Source of the DNA: Eledone cirrhosa
Lineage: Eukaryota
Reading direction: 5' to 3'
NCBI GenBank assembly: GCA_964016885.1
Contig: OZ024747.1
Span: 42,532,001-42,596,000, forward strand
DNA: 64,000 bases
Under the pieces are notes generated by a model. That model saw nothing but the letters and a program-made list of their open reading frames with translations. It was not told where the DNA came from and ran no database searches. The translations under genes were made by a program, and so were the position numbers. Of the stretch, positions 39,900 through 53,271 are shown in pieces. Position 1 is the stretch's first letter, and each line of letters starts with the position of its first letter.

Positions 39900-40500
39900 A
39901 CTGCACTACTCCTTCTGGAAACCCAAGGAATATAACTAAAAATTTTGTAAAGAATATCTTCCTCTGTAAATCACGCCTGACTGCTAATGAGCAGGTCTCC
40001 CAGGAACATGTGCTGCACTACAACTAGGCCCTTAAAAAAGCAGATTTAAGGAAGAACTTGCCAACTAACCAAGCCCCATTAGTAAAATTAGCAGGCGGAG
40101 TCGCCGCTCATGCAAGACAATGTGGTTTAATCTTTCTCACAATGCTGAAGTCACCACACCAATTGAGAAGATGCACAAGTGCAACATCACAACAGAACGT
40201 ACCAACAAATCTTATATCAGATTAACTGCCTGCGGATTCAAGACAAGATTTTACCAACACCAACATACATTTAGAAACCTGGCTTGGAGAAATGCTACAA
40301 CATTATCTAGCCATATTTGGGATCTCTGCGACAACATCACCTATGAACTGAATTGGAATTCCTTGTCCAAGGCAAAACCTTATATAGGTGGACGATACCC
40401 ATATAATTTATACTCTGAGGAGACAATCCAAATGTTCTTCACCAAGGAACAACTATAAATAAAAAGGATGAACTTGTGACCTTGTACAAATACAGGATTT
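39900..40500 (+). mobile_element. Degenerate Penelope-like GIY-YIG fragment
   Basis: KSYIRLTACGFKTRFYQHQHTFRN..TTLSSHIWDL..NLYSEE, paralogous to 59177-59560. Confidence 0.85.
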
Positions 40501-40559
40501 ACAAATGTATGCATATATATATGTATGTATATACATATATATACATATATATATATAAG

Positions 40560-41250
40560 CCCATTCTGTTAACAGTGGCTATATCAATCTATTGAAGGGC
40601 TATTCCTTCTTCTTTGGACTTTAAAACTGCAGTCAGGATAACATTTTTTGTCCCCAGAGAGAGATGCTTCAACAATAATCTACCCCTTTGTGATTTTGTA
40701 GCAGTAACTAAACAAATCTGGTAGTCAGTGTTGTGTAACACTGCTAGGTAATCAATGAGTGGTTTTAATATTTCTGGGTCAAATTACAGAAAATTACTTT
40801 CCATTTTGTACGTATGTTAACAAATGGATGTTTGTCAGGAAAGATATTTGTCATTGTTGAAAGTAATGCTTACTCTTTTAGTGACTGAAATAAAAAAGTT
40901 TGGCCAACTCTTAACAAGCTCCTCAATAGTTTCATCAATGACAAGAGCCCTGTCAAGATAGGTGTAAACTCCTTTGATATTATTGTTGGTAATTATCCTA
41001 TACCTCACCTTTTCAAAAGTGTTGGCAGCTTTAATCATACCAAAGAGTAACCTACAGTATGAAACAACAACCATCAGTATGAAAAGTGTATTTCTTAAAT
41101 TCTTTGTGGAATGGAATCTGAGGTAATTTTGCTTTCAAGAAATGATTGTATGAAATCAAACATATGAGATCTTCAATACTAAGAAATGGATCGCTGTTTA
41201 GAAAGCAGTAGCAGTTTGTCATTTGTAAATATATACTTATGTACACCAAG
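40560..41250 (-). mobile_element. Degenerate Ty3/Gypsy RT fragment
   Basis: DPFLSIEDL..QIPFHKEFKKYT; RLLFGM..AANTFEK..IKGVYTYLD..ETIEEL..ITFNNDK follow the Gypsy RT motif order. Confidence 0.72.
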
Positions 41251-41603
41251 ATATCTTTATAAATATAAACACACAGTTACACATACACTCACACATGTGT
41301 AAATATATCCACACAAACAGACAATAATAATAGTCAATGTCTGTAGTCAATTCATTACACAAGTGTAGTGAATCTTCGAACACTTGTCGCTGTTTTCTAT
41401 AGGTTTATCACCACCCCTTCCTTCCTCAGCCATCTCCCATTCAGTGAGTGATGGACAAATATATAAATAAATATACAAACATTTGCTATTATTATAGTTG
41501 ATTCCCATAATAAATTGGCAGAGTCGCTAGAGCATTAGACAAATGTTCGGTGGTATTTGTTCTGGTACTTTCTGAGTTCAAATCTCACCAAGGACAACTT
41601 TGT

Positions 41604-41831
41604 TTAACCTTTTAATGTTCAAACCGGCCAAAACCGGCCAGAATTCTCTACCTTTTTCTGTTGAAACTGACTGTAACTGGTCACTCAAACTGATGTTAAG
41701 GTATTGTTCTCAAAATAAATACTTTCAAAATCTCATAGATTCGATATTATGTGAGATAATTATGTGAGGTAAAGCCTTTACCATGAAAATATAATAGTAT
41801 ATATAGAGTAATGTGAACATTAAAGGGTTAA
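41604..41831. mobile_element. piggyBac-type MITE nested in a SINE
   Basis: TTAA|CCTTTTAATGTTCA...TGAACATTAAAGGG|TTAA. Homologous to 31275-31412 and ~48526-48775. SINE halves on either side. Confidence 0.8.
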
Positions 41832-42626
41832 CATCCTTCCAATGGTCGATAAAATAGAGTACCAGTCAAGTAGCGGAGCAATTTGATTGACTTGTTTCTC
41901 CCCTCAAATTACTGGCTTTGAGTAAAATTAGAAATCATTTAGGGTGGTGGATTTGGCAGAAATCGTAGACGCCAAATTACTGGCCTTGAGCTGAAATTAG
42001 AAACCACGTAGGGTGGTGGATTGGTAGAAATGGCAGAACCCCAGAAAAAATACTTTGTGATATTTCTTCTAGCTGTTTACATTCTGAGTTCAAATCTTGC
42101 CAAGGTCAACCTTTCTGAGTTCCAGTCAAACATTGGGTCAATATAATTGACTTTCCCCCCTAAGCCACTGGCCGTGTGCCGGAATTAGATATCACTATTT
42201 ATCCACATAGCTAGAATAGAGACTTCTAGAAAGTTTCCATTATTGACATTAATCTCTAGAAGCAGGTAAATTGGATCTTTATTGGTCATTGCAGTGAAAC
42301 TAAACCCCTATTGTAATGTGCACAGAATTTATTTTATTGTTGTCGTTGATGTAGCTGTTGATATTATTGTTGTTGATGATGCTGTTCATGCTGTTGATGT
42401 TAAGTGATGTTGTTGTTATTGCTGTTGTTATTGATGTTATTTTTCTTGTTTGCAAGACTATATATAACATGTTATCCATATAAATAACAGTCGAAACGTG
42501 TCCGTCCGTGTGTCAGTCCACTCGTGAGATGAAGGAGTTAAAATAAAGGAAGGGGAATGGTAAAAATTCTACGGCAAAAAATAAAATCAAACAGCGTTTC
42601 AACTTTTGCACAAAGCTCTGTGTGTA

Positions 42627-42685
<59 letters not shown>

Positions 42686-42929
42686 GGGAGCAAGAGGGGT
42701 GGTCTTAAAAGTATACACTCTGCGAGTGTATGTGTCTCCAAAGGAGAATGAACTGGTAGGTAAAAAATTATCATCATCATTGTCACCATCACTGTCATCA
42801 CCATTGTCACCATCATTGTCATCACCACTGTCATCATCATCGTCACCATCATCATCGTCATCATCATCATCGTCACCTTCACCATCACCATCACCATCAT
42901 CATCGTCTTAAGATTCTGTAAAGGGACAG

Positions 42930-43392
42930 TATGGCACTGGGAACATAGGGTGGTAAAATACGGCACTTCGGCACTAGTGTGCCACACTATGGCACTGCAG
43001 AGCTAGGGTGGCACACTAAGGAAGTGGGGAGCTTCAGTGACACAGTATCAAATATGGAGCTAGGGTGACCCTCCCCCCCACCTATGGCAATGGGGAGATA
43101 GTGTGGGAAAATATGGCACTTTGAAGCTGGGGTGCTGCACTATGGCACTGCAGAGCTAGGGTGACACACTATGGAACTGGGGAGCTTCAATGCCATAGTT
43201 GCGAAATATGGAGCTAGGGCAACCCACTATAGCAATGGGAAGATAGTGTGGGGAAATATGGCACTTTGAAGCTAGGGTGGTACACTATGGCACTGGGGAG
43301 CTTCAGTGACAAAGTATGGAATTATGGATCTAGTGTGACCCCCTATGGCAATGGGGAGATAGGGGGTCAACATATGGCACTTCGGAGCTAGT
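42930..43392. repeat. Degenerate ~30-bp minisatellite (TATGGCACT...GAGCTAGGGTG..CAC)
   Basis: Repeated tatggcact / gctagggtg motifs. Confidence 0.85.
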
Positions 43393-44974
43393 ATATAATA
43401 AATCAGAAATCCCCAATTCTTGTTATTGAAAGACAGCTAAACATATTCAGTATTATCAACTCAAATAATAGATGGATGACAGATCTTTTTCCATTGTTTT
43501 TTCTATTGTCTGTGGCCTGTGCGTTCCCCTCTTTTGATTTCATATTCTAAAGACATAGTTATGCGGATTTTTTGAAACTATAGATACATATATAATGGGA
43601 CAAAACCGTCCAGCCCATGCTAGCATGGAAGATGGATGTTAAACGATGATGATGATGATGATATATTTATAAAAACACTAATGTGTGCCATTTTTCGATA
43701 AACTGTGCTATGTTTTTTATTCACATAACTCCCTTTCTCCTCTAATTTCTCCTTTGTTCTCTCCCTGCCCTCCCCCTATCTCTCTGTATGTTTCTTTCTC
43801 TTCCCCTCTCTGCTTGCTTCTCATTATAAGTCTCTCATCTTCCTCTTCTTCCTTTGGCCTATCCTTCAGACTTTTCTGTCTCACCTTGGTAGGTAGCAGA
43901 CCACTTTTCTACAGCTCTGCAATCCAATCACATTTTTCTGATGAAAGACAATGTTTTCAATTTCTCAATTCTTTCAGCACTAACATGTTGCACATTTTAC
44001 ATGCTAAATCCAGTCATAATTTTTTATGCATTATGCACGCATAACATTTCCTGCCCATTCTTTTGTTATCACCTTACATGTACCTTACCAACAGAACAGT
44101 TCACCCATCTGTTGTGCAAATCAGCATTACAAGTGCAATACCGTCTGATTGCACGAAATTGTATGCCAGCAAGGTGGCTGAAGAAGTAAAGATGCAGCTG
44201 TCTGTTTGTCTTATGTAAATATATATTTTCTGCTGATTATATCTATATGTATGTGTGTTGATCAAGAACTGAAATAACATTTATGTTCTGTACTGAGTTC
44301 ATAAAAGCTGTCATATGTTGTTATAATTCCATAAAACCAGACAAAATCCATGCTGAATATTGTAAAGTTTCAACTGATGTCTGGTAAGTCTGTTTTATGT
44401 CTACTTTTGCAGAAAATTTTTCCTAGAATTCTGAATATACAGTAAAACAAAAATACATGAACATCAATTTCAGGACATTTTTACACCTGATGTAATAGTG
44501 CAGTAATCTCCCTTTTCTAAGGTAAATTAACAATATCATCATCATCGTCATCGTGTTTAGTTTCACTTTTCTATGCTTACAAGTCCTTTTCAGCACACTA
44601 TCTCTTCACTCGTTACTTTCCTTCGTCTGCAAGTCTCAGCAATTTGAGATCAGCTCTCACCACCTCTGCCCAGGTCTTCCTTGGCCTACCTCTACTGCCG
44701 CTTCCTTCCTGGTACTTCTTCACCCAGAAAATATGAGTGGAAGGATATATATATATATATTGGCAGTCACTCATAATCAAGTATTACTTGGCATTAGATT
44801 ACCCCACCCCACCGCTATTAATGTAGTTTGGCTGTCTGTATATGAGCTTAAAATACTGAAAGTTTACATTCTTATGTGTGTGAGTGTATGGACAGATGCC
44901 CAGACAGTGTGGGTGATCAGTTTCTGGTGTGCACAATCCCAGGCACATGCTGCCTCATAGTCCCAGTGGACAGA

Positions 44975-45240
44975 ATGGAGAAAGCATTAACCTAGAGGAT
45001 TGCACGGGAGATGCATTGAAATAACCATTCCATCTCACAGCGACTCACTCCTGCAGGTGGCCATCTCTGCTCTAATGACAGTGAGTAGTTATGTGGTTTG
45101 GGAACTAAGAATGCCAGAAGTCTCCACCAAAACAGGTTCAACGACAAAACGAAAGTAGCCAATATTTTAACAGCTTGCGATCTTCAGCTTGTTGGGCAAC
45201 AAAACCTGGATTTGTTGCCAAGTTAAACAATAAAATAATT
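44975..45240 (-). mobile_element. Second CRE-like endonuclease remnant
   Basis: NPGFVAQQAEDRKLLKY..VETSG and EWLFQCISRAIL*VNAFSIL (cf. QRIS.AI.RGNA). Confidence 0.65.
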
Positions 45241-47189
45241 CCATCAATGTTCTTTTATGGAGTTGTAGGCCAAAAGCACTGGCTCAATCATGACTGCAGA
45301 TAATGCAGAATACAGATGACTGTGCCAGCATAGTAGATCTTTATAAGATAATACAGGACTGAGTTGACTGGCAATATGCCATAATACAAAAGACTTGCCT
45401 TCCAGTACAAGCACTGCAACACTAAAAGTAAATGTGCTGAGAGCCTGGAGGCTACAGTGTTGGCAATCAAACAGAAAGACACTTCCACAAAAAACACACC
45501 CAGTACACCATGTAAGGTAGCTGGCATTAGAAAAGGTATTCAGCCATAGAAACCAAACCAAATATGGAATGTAAAGAGCAAGATTGGTCACTCCAACCCA
45601 ACTGGTCTTGGACAATGACAACCTGTCCAATCCATGCAAAGTGGGTGGAAAATGATGACAATGAGGTGTCAAAACTTCCTCTATATATCTCTATCCTTCT
45701 CTGGAAGAAATCTACTGTATTCAGGCCTGGCGAGGAGATGGACTTCGCCAGGTTTAAAAAATGCCCTAGAAACACCACATGTCAATATAGCAGCCCTATG
45801 AATCCCTCAGGAGTTATGGGTCCATACCATACCATATAAATACAAAAGGTAAACTGATAAAGTGGATGAATTCGTTATGAAGAATGATATAGTGACAGAT
45901 AGAATTTCAACTTTGTTAAAGTAGATATAAATATGAAACCAAAACTAAAGGGCTGCTTTAAAGTCAGAATTAAAGGCTGTAATGTACACTGAATTTATTT
46001 ATAGCTCTATTTTATTTAAAAGTAGGCAGGTACTGAATCTATTCAAAAGAACCACTACTTAGTCTTTAATGTTTAATCTGATGCTGTTTCATGTGATACA
46101 AGGTGTTAAGAGTTAAAGAAGAGAGAGAAGCATCCTTGACCTTCTTGTTGAACATGTAAACCAGGTGGGAGAAATATAGTGGTTTCTTGCAGTACTGGAT
46201 GCTAAGAATCAGAGAAGGAAGAGCAGTGTCCATGATTTTCTTGCAGAATATCCAATACAGGTGAGAGGAAAAGATGAAAAATCTGGAGACAGGGAATGAA
46301 TATCAAAGTCATTCAAAAACCAGGTGATACCATTAAACTGGGCAACAGAATGGGTGCAAGAACTTGACCAAGGTGATCACAGATTTATCTTTTTAACTAT
46401 ATAGCCATGCCTGGACTGTAATCACATGGTTTCAAATTACTAGAGATTGTGAGGCATTCATGCCATTCATAAATGTCCAGTATAATCAATATATGTGAAG
46501 AGGTGTGGACTACACTTTGGCTTAATATTCAGCTGCAGATTCAATCCATTGGTATCTTTATTTTCTAGATCTTTCCATTTCCTGCAGTATTTAGTAAATA
46601 TAGGACCTCTTCACTCTATAACTACAATTACTGCTGAAATTGCATCTATTTGTTTCCATTTAATCCAAACTGCTGAACAATTAGGATCCATTGAAAATCC
46701 ATAATACCAAAAATAGACATAACATATTCAACAATGCTGTATGGACTAATCAATGGATACATATAATAATTGTTTCTACTTTTGGCACAAGGCCAGCAAT
46801 TATCCAGTGCATTACTGGTACTTTATTTTATCGACCCCATAAGGATGAAAGGCAAAGTTAACCTTGGCGGGATTTGAACTCAAACCATAAAGGGCCGTAA
46901 CTCTTTGCTGCAAAGCATGGTGTCAGACCCTCTACCGATACTGCCAATCCACCAATGGGAGCCAAATATGAAAATAGAAATGTTTTCCGTCCTTTCAATT
47001 AATAAAAGCAATTTAATTGCTTTTGTAATGATCACAAAAGACCATTTGTAAAAGGAATGAAATATGAAGCTATGGACTATTTATACCTCAATAGAATTAG
47101 GTGACAGTAACAAAATATTAACTTCTTGCATAGAAATATGGACACACATTTATAGGGAAGAACAACCCAATGAGCAGCCTTGTGTGGAA

Positions 47190-48065
47190 AGGTGGTAGTG
47201 CTGGTGCCACAATAAAATGTATCCAGTCCACCCTGTCAGCTGGTAGTGCTGGTGCCACAATAAAATGCATTTAGCCCAGTCTCATGCCACAATAAAATAC
47301 ATCCAGTCCACCCTGTCAGGTGGTAGTGCTGGTGCCACAATAAAATGTATCCAGTCCACCCTGTCAAGTGGTAGTGTTGGTGCCACAATAAAATGTATCC
47401 AGTCCACCCTGTCAGGTGGTAGTGTTGGTGCCACCGCAATATAATGCATATAGCCCAGTCTCATGCCACAATAAAAATACATCCAGTCCACCCTGTCAGG
47501 TGGTAGTGCTGGTGCCACAATAAAATGTAACCAGTCTACCCTGTCAGGTGGTAGTGTTGGTTCCACAATAAAATGCAATTAGTCCGCCCTGTCAGGTGGT
47601 AGTATTAGTGCCACAATAAAATGTACCCAGTCCATCCTGTCAGGTGGTAGTGTTAGTGCCACAATAAAATGTACCCAGTCCACCCTGTCAGGTGGTAGTA
47701 TTAGTGCCACAATAAAATGTACCCAGTCCACCCTGTCAGGTGGTAGTGTTGGTGCAACAATAAAATGTACCCAGTCCACCCTGTCAGGTGGTAGTGCAGG
47801 TGCCACAATAAAATGTATCCAGTCCACCCTGTCAGGTGGTAGTGTTAGTGCCACAATAAAATGTACCCAGTCCATCCTGTCAGGTGGTAGTGTTAGTGCC
47901 ACAATAAAATGTACCCAGTCCACCCTGTCAGGTGGTAGTATTAGTGCCACAATAAAATGTACCCAGTCCACCCTGTCAGGTGGTAGTGTTGGTTCCACAA
48001 TAAAATGTACCCAGTTCACCCAGTCAAATGGTAATGCCAAATCCACAATAAAATGCACCAGTACA
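47190..48065. repeat. 48-bp minisatellite GGTGGTAGTGTTGGTGCCACAATAAAATGTACCCAGTCCACCCTGTCA, ~18 units
   Basis: Directly visible; runs into an RTE-type 3' tail (48065-48230). Confidence 0.95.
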
Positions 48066-49650
48066 CACCATGATGTAGCTGGCATTAGGAAGGGCACCAG
48101 TTGTAGAAACTATGCCACTGTGAGCGATATGCAGTAAATTGATATGACATGTCTAACCTCAGAATGTAACAACCCACATAACCCATGCCAACATGGAAAA
48201 ATGGAAATAAAACAGTGGTGATGATGATGAAAAAATAAGATTTGAGGGTATTCATGCCTTTCTTATGAGTAATTTCAACAAATTTAAGTTAAATAGAACA
48301 ACTATGAATAGAAACCATATTGCAGTCCTTTCTGGCTAATTGAGAGTTTACATCAATCCTACAATTGTTACCTAAAGTGTGAACAATTTACAATATGAAG
48401 CTCCAATTGATTCGTCATCATCACCATTAGATGTGTACTCACCATCATCACCATCACCATTAGATGTGTACTCATCATCATCATCAACAGCACATGTGTA
48501 CTATTCATATTGATTCATCATCATTTAACCTTTTAACATTTACATTACATTAACATTAACATTTACATTACTTTATATTTACTATTATATTTTCATGGTA
48601 AACACTTTATTTCACATAATTATCCCACATAATATTGAATCTAGGAGATTTTGATGATATTTATTTTGAGAACAATACCTTAACATCAGTATGAGCAGCC
48701 AGTTACAGCCAGTTTGAACAGAAAAAAGGTGAGAGAATTCTGGCTGGATACATCCGGTTTAAATGCTAAAGGGTTGGACAGGTCCTCACAGATCAAATTA
48801 GTATTTAATCAGAGTTGCTCTCTTCCTCATTAGACAGGGGATCATATCTCATAAAAGTTCCAGCTATGGTATGGTTTCTACAGCAGGATGCACTTCCTAT
48901 CACTGATCTTTTTAGACACCAACAATATATCATAATTATTTTCTATGATCAGAACTGGTCAGAAGTGCCAAGCATTTAAATAAGACTATGACAACCAAGC
49001 AGAGATAAACAGATATAAACTGATCTAACATGATTTTCTTGTTCAGAATTGAACCTCATGAGATTTATGTATGTCTTCACTTCAAAGGAGATACACTTTT
49101 ATAAAACTCCTTGGCAATTAGTAATCACTTTTGTCAACACAAATTAAAACCACAGTGGTACCCGTTATATATATATATATATATATATTTTAATATAGAA
49201 CTAGAACTGTTTCATTTGTGAGAAATCATCAGCTATGTATTGAGTACCTTACTTACTGTGGTTACCTCTGATTCAACCTGGAATAACTTATCTTATATAT
49301 ATATATCAATCGACAAGATCCCAGACCTCATTTACTTAACGAGTGGGGTGGAGCGTGTCAAATCGGACCGAAGAAACAATGTTTCCATTGGACTTTCCAA
49401 TTGCTAATACTATGTCGGTTGGTTGCAAATCCAGGCAGAAGAAGCAATGTGAAATAAAGTGTCTTGCTCAAGGACATAATGCATCACCTGATCCAGGAAT
49501 CAAAATCACAACCTCACGATTGCGAATCCAATTCTCTAACCACTCAGACACATGCCTTCATATATATATGTTTATATCAATATATATATATGTTTATATC
49601 TCTATATATAAATGTTTATATCTATATATATATCTATATATAAATGTTTA

Positions 49651-49696
<46 letters not shown>

Positions 49697-49698
49697 GA

Positions 49699-50397
49699 TA
49701 TGGCTTCTTAACCATTGTCGCAGCGTGTATGACCATTTTAACTTATGTTTATAGCTCTGCTATCCTCTTCATATGCATGGAGCGCTTGTCTGCACAATAT
49801 TGAAGTTGCGTTTCGCTAATTTCTACCTGCCGAAATGGGATTCTCGCTAAATTTATATTTGTATTAATCTCCCAAGTCAAGCGATTAACCAGTTAATTTT
49901 TTTGGCTTTTTAGTTAATTCTATTGACCGACTAATCGCTTAAGTTTATTTTAAAAACAACTCGGTAGAGAGCTTATTCGTTTTGTGCGGCTTTTGCAAAT
50001 TTTTGCAATAATTACACATGCTGAATTCACTGGCCAAAATAGGGGTTTTCTCCCCTTAGAATCTCACATGTGCTTTCACAACCTGAGAGATTCCGGCGCA
50101 AGAAGAACAAAGACCTGTTGAGAAAGCGATGCCTTGTTCGATCATTATCCAAAAAGCTTATTTTTATAAGCAGACAGTATTATTGATTTAGGTGTTGCAG
50201 AAACCCAATTTGTTTGACCTGTTTAGCTTGTTCACTTTGGTGGCTATGGCTTCTTAACCATCGTCTCAGCGTGTATGACCATTTTAACTTATGTTTATAG
50301 CTCTGCTATCCTCTTCATATGCATAGAGCGCTTGTCTGCACAATATTGAAGTTGCGTTTCGCTAATTCTTCCCACCGAAATGCGATCCTCGCTAAAT
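49699..50397. repeat. ~150-bp direct repeats (49699-49851, 50245-50397) flanking ~390 bp
   Basis: Both start tatggcttcttaaccat and end ctcgctaaat. Confidence 0.9.
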
Positions 50398-50444
50398 GTG
50401 TGTGTGTGTGTGTGTGGGGGGGTTATATATATATATATATATAT

Positions 50445-51955
50445 ATCATCATCATCATCATTTTACATCTGCTTTTCCCTGTTTGCATGGGTTGGACGGG
50501 TCCTATTCAGCACAGCATCTATCCAATTGTCACGGTCGTTCGTCATCTCCTCAGTGAGTTTCAGCGATTTAAAATCTGCTCTCACCAGCTCTGCCCATGA
50601 TTTACGATCTCTACCTCTACTGCATCTTCCTTCTCCTGGGATTTCTTGGCATTTCTTTACCCAGCGGTCATCATCCAAATACATCAGATGTCCATACCAT
50701 CTCAGCCGTTTCTCCTGCACACCACAACTTAGCCCTCTTATCCCCAGTTTCTTTCTCAATCTTCCATGGTTGGTCGTTCATGCACATTGACATTGCACAT
50801 CCAACGGAGCATACTTGCTTCATTTCTCTCCAGCCGTCGCATATCCTCTGCAGTTGCTGCCCATGTCTCACTACCATGCAGCATCGCGCATCTCACACAG
50901 GCATCATATAACCGTCCTTTCATACGAAGGGAGAAACCCTTCTTTGTCAACAAAGTAAGCATCTCCCTAAACTTCTTCGACCCGTCCTTATTCTAGATAC
51001 CATGGCCTCGGAACACCCCCCTCCCATGCTAATGTGATCATCTAGGTACCGGAAGCTATCAACCACTTCTATAGAACCTACCTGCATTGGAAAAATGTGT
51101 CTATCACTGCGATTACTGCTGCCAACTTTCCCTGTACATCTACTGCATACATATTTCTCCCTACCTGTTAGTTTATCTGCTATCCCACTACATCTCTTGT
51201 GTACCCAAGATCTGGATTACGTACATTTTATAGAATTTATGCCAGTTCCTTTCCTACATATCGAACATGGCCATTTCCCCAATGGAATCAGACTATTCTC
51301 CTTTCTTATACTTATCAACTCTTTTGTCTTAGCTATGTTCACTCTCAGGCCTCTTGATTCCAACTGCTGTTTCTATAGCTAGAATTTATTCTCTAGCTCC
51401 TCTACTGATTCTGCTATAAGAACCAGATCATCAGCATAGAGAAGTTCCCATGGGCAGCCAGTCTTAAACTCCTCTGTTATGGCTTGGAGGACTATAATGA
51501 ACAAGAGCGGGCTGAGGACCGAACCCTGATGTACACCTACTTGTATCTGGAATTCCTCACTAAACTCCATTCCTATTCTCACTTTACTGACAGCACCTTT
51601 GTACATAGCTTGCTCTACACCTAGTTACCCTAGGGACCACCAGATGACAGATCGGGGTACCCTATCAAAGGCCTTCTCTAGGTCAACAAAAGCTAAGTTT
51701 AGTGGCTTATTATTCTCTAAGAATCCCTCTTGTAGTTGCCTCACTAAGAAGAGGCACAAAACCAAACTGCATCTCATCTAATTTGACCCCTTCTCTAATC
51801 AGTTGCACTAATATTCTCTCTGCCACTTTCATAACCTGATCCATCAGCTTTATGCCCCTATAATTGCTCCTCTCTAGAGCATCCCCTTTACCTTTGTAGC
51901 AATTTATGAGAATACTGCTGCACCAGTCTTTGGGTATGACACCACCATATATAAC
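50445..51955 (-). mobile_element. Degenerate RTE LINE, related subfamily (RT, PHD insert, C-terminus)
   Basis: ORF fragments IPKDWCSSILINCYKGKGDAL, GVHQGSVLSPLLF..LLYADD, KKGFSLRMKGRLYDAC; (ATC)n tail at 50445. Confidence 0.92.
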
Positions 51956-52381
51956 TTGATTGATGGACGTTAAATGATGATGATGTTTATATATATATAT
52001 ATGTATGTGTGTGTGTCGATGACTCAACAATCCAAACTGTAAGGTGGCTATGTAGGAGACATGGTAAAAAGGGTCCCAGTCCAAACTGTAAATGTGGTTG
52101 GTGTTAGGAAGGGCATCCAGCTGTAAAAAAAAACCTGCCAGAGACGCTTCCATGCAAGCGAGACATGGCTCCCGACCATTTTAGCATCAAATGGAACAAA
52201 ACCGTCTAACCCATGCTAGTGTGGAATATGGACATTAAATGATAATGATGATGTTTATATATATATATATATATATATATATGTTTATATATCTCTATAT
52301 ATCTATATATATATATCTATATATATATGTTTATATATATATATATATAGTTATGTAATAAACAACACAAGACAATTATTC

Positions 52382-53271
52382 AGAAACAGTAGTTACCTAG
52401 GTGACCGAATTAGCAGCAGAGGTGGGTGTTCAGAAAATAGAATAACTAGGGTAAGAACGGGATGGAAGAAGTTCAGGGAGCTACTGCCACTGCTAGATGC
52501 AAAAGGCTTTTCCCTCAAAATGAAGGGCAGACTGTATGATGCGCGTATACGAACAGCAATGTTACATGGTAGTGAGACCTGGGCATTGTGTGTAGAAGAC
52601 TTGCGCAGATTAGAAAGAAACGAAGCTTGCAGCCTCCGATGGATGTGTAATAGTAATTACGTGAACAGAAAAGCATAAAGGAATTGAGATAGAGACTGAG
52701 CATAAGAGGAATCGAATGCTATGTGCAGGAGAGGCAATTGTGTTGGTATGAAGATATGATGTGTATGAGGGATGACAGCTGCATAAAAAGGTGCAGAGCA
52801 CTAGTAGTCGATGAAGTCGCGGAGTGGGGAGACCGAAGAAGACCTGGGATGAGGTGATAAAAGCCGACTTTACTCAATTTCAGCTCTCAAAGGCGATGAC
52901 ACACTACCGTGACCTCTGGCGTCATGCAGTAATACAGAAGCCCCAACCCCCTACGGGTACAAGCTGAAGCTGAAGCATATAGATAATATGGTCCCACCCC
53001 CTCCCACTGCAAAGTGGTCGTGGAGGTGCCACGGCAAAAAAAGCACCCAGCGCACACTGTAAAGTGGTCATGTAGGTGCCACGGAAAAAAAGCACCACCA
53101 TTCACTGTAAATGAGGTTGGTGTTAGGAAGGGCATCCAGCTGTAGAATCAAGCCAGAATCAGTTCCTGTATGAGCAAGACAAGGTTAGCCGACTGGACAC
53201 TGCCCACAACAGGACAACCCGTCTAACCCATGCTAGCATGGAAGAACGGACGTAAAACGGTGATGATCGTG
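52382..53271 (+). mobile_element. 5'-truncated copy of the same RTE family with a 29-bp TSD
   Basis: Colinear with 57187-58075. Flanked by atgtaataaacaacaYaagacaattattc at 52353-52381 and 53272-53300. Confidence 0.92.

Noticed and set aside
46130-46760. Possible CR1/L2-like RT remnant (minus strand)
   Set aside because: Too degenerate to support motif calls by eye.
47236-48097. Repetitive ORFs (PPDRVDWVHFIVA..)
   Set aside because: By-product of a 48-bp unit divisible by 3.
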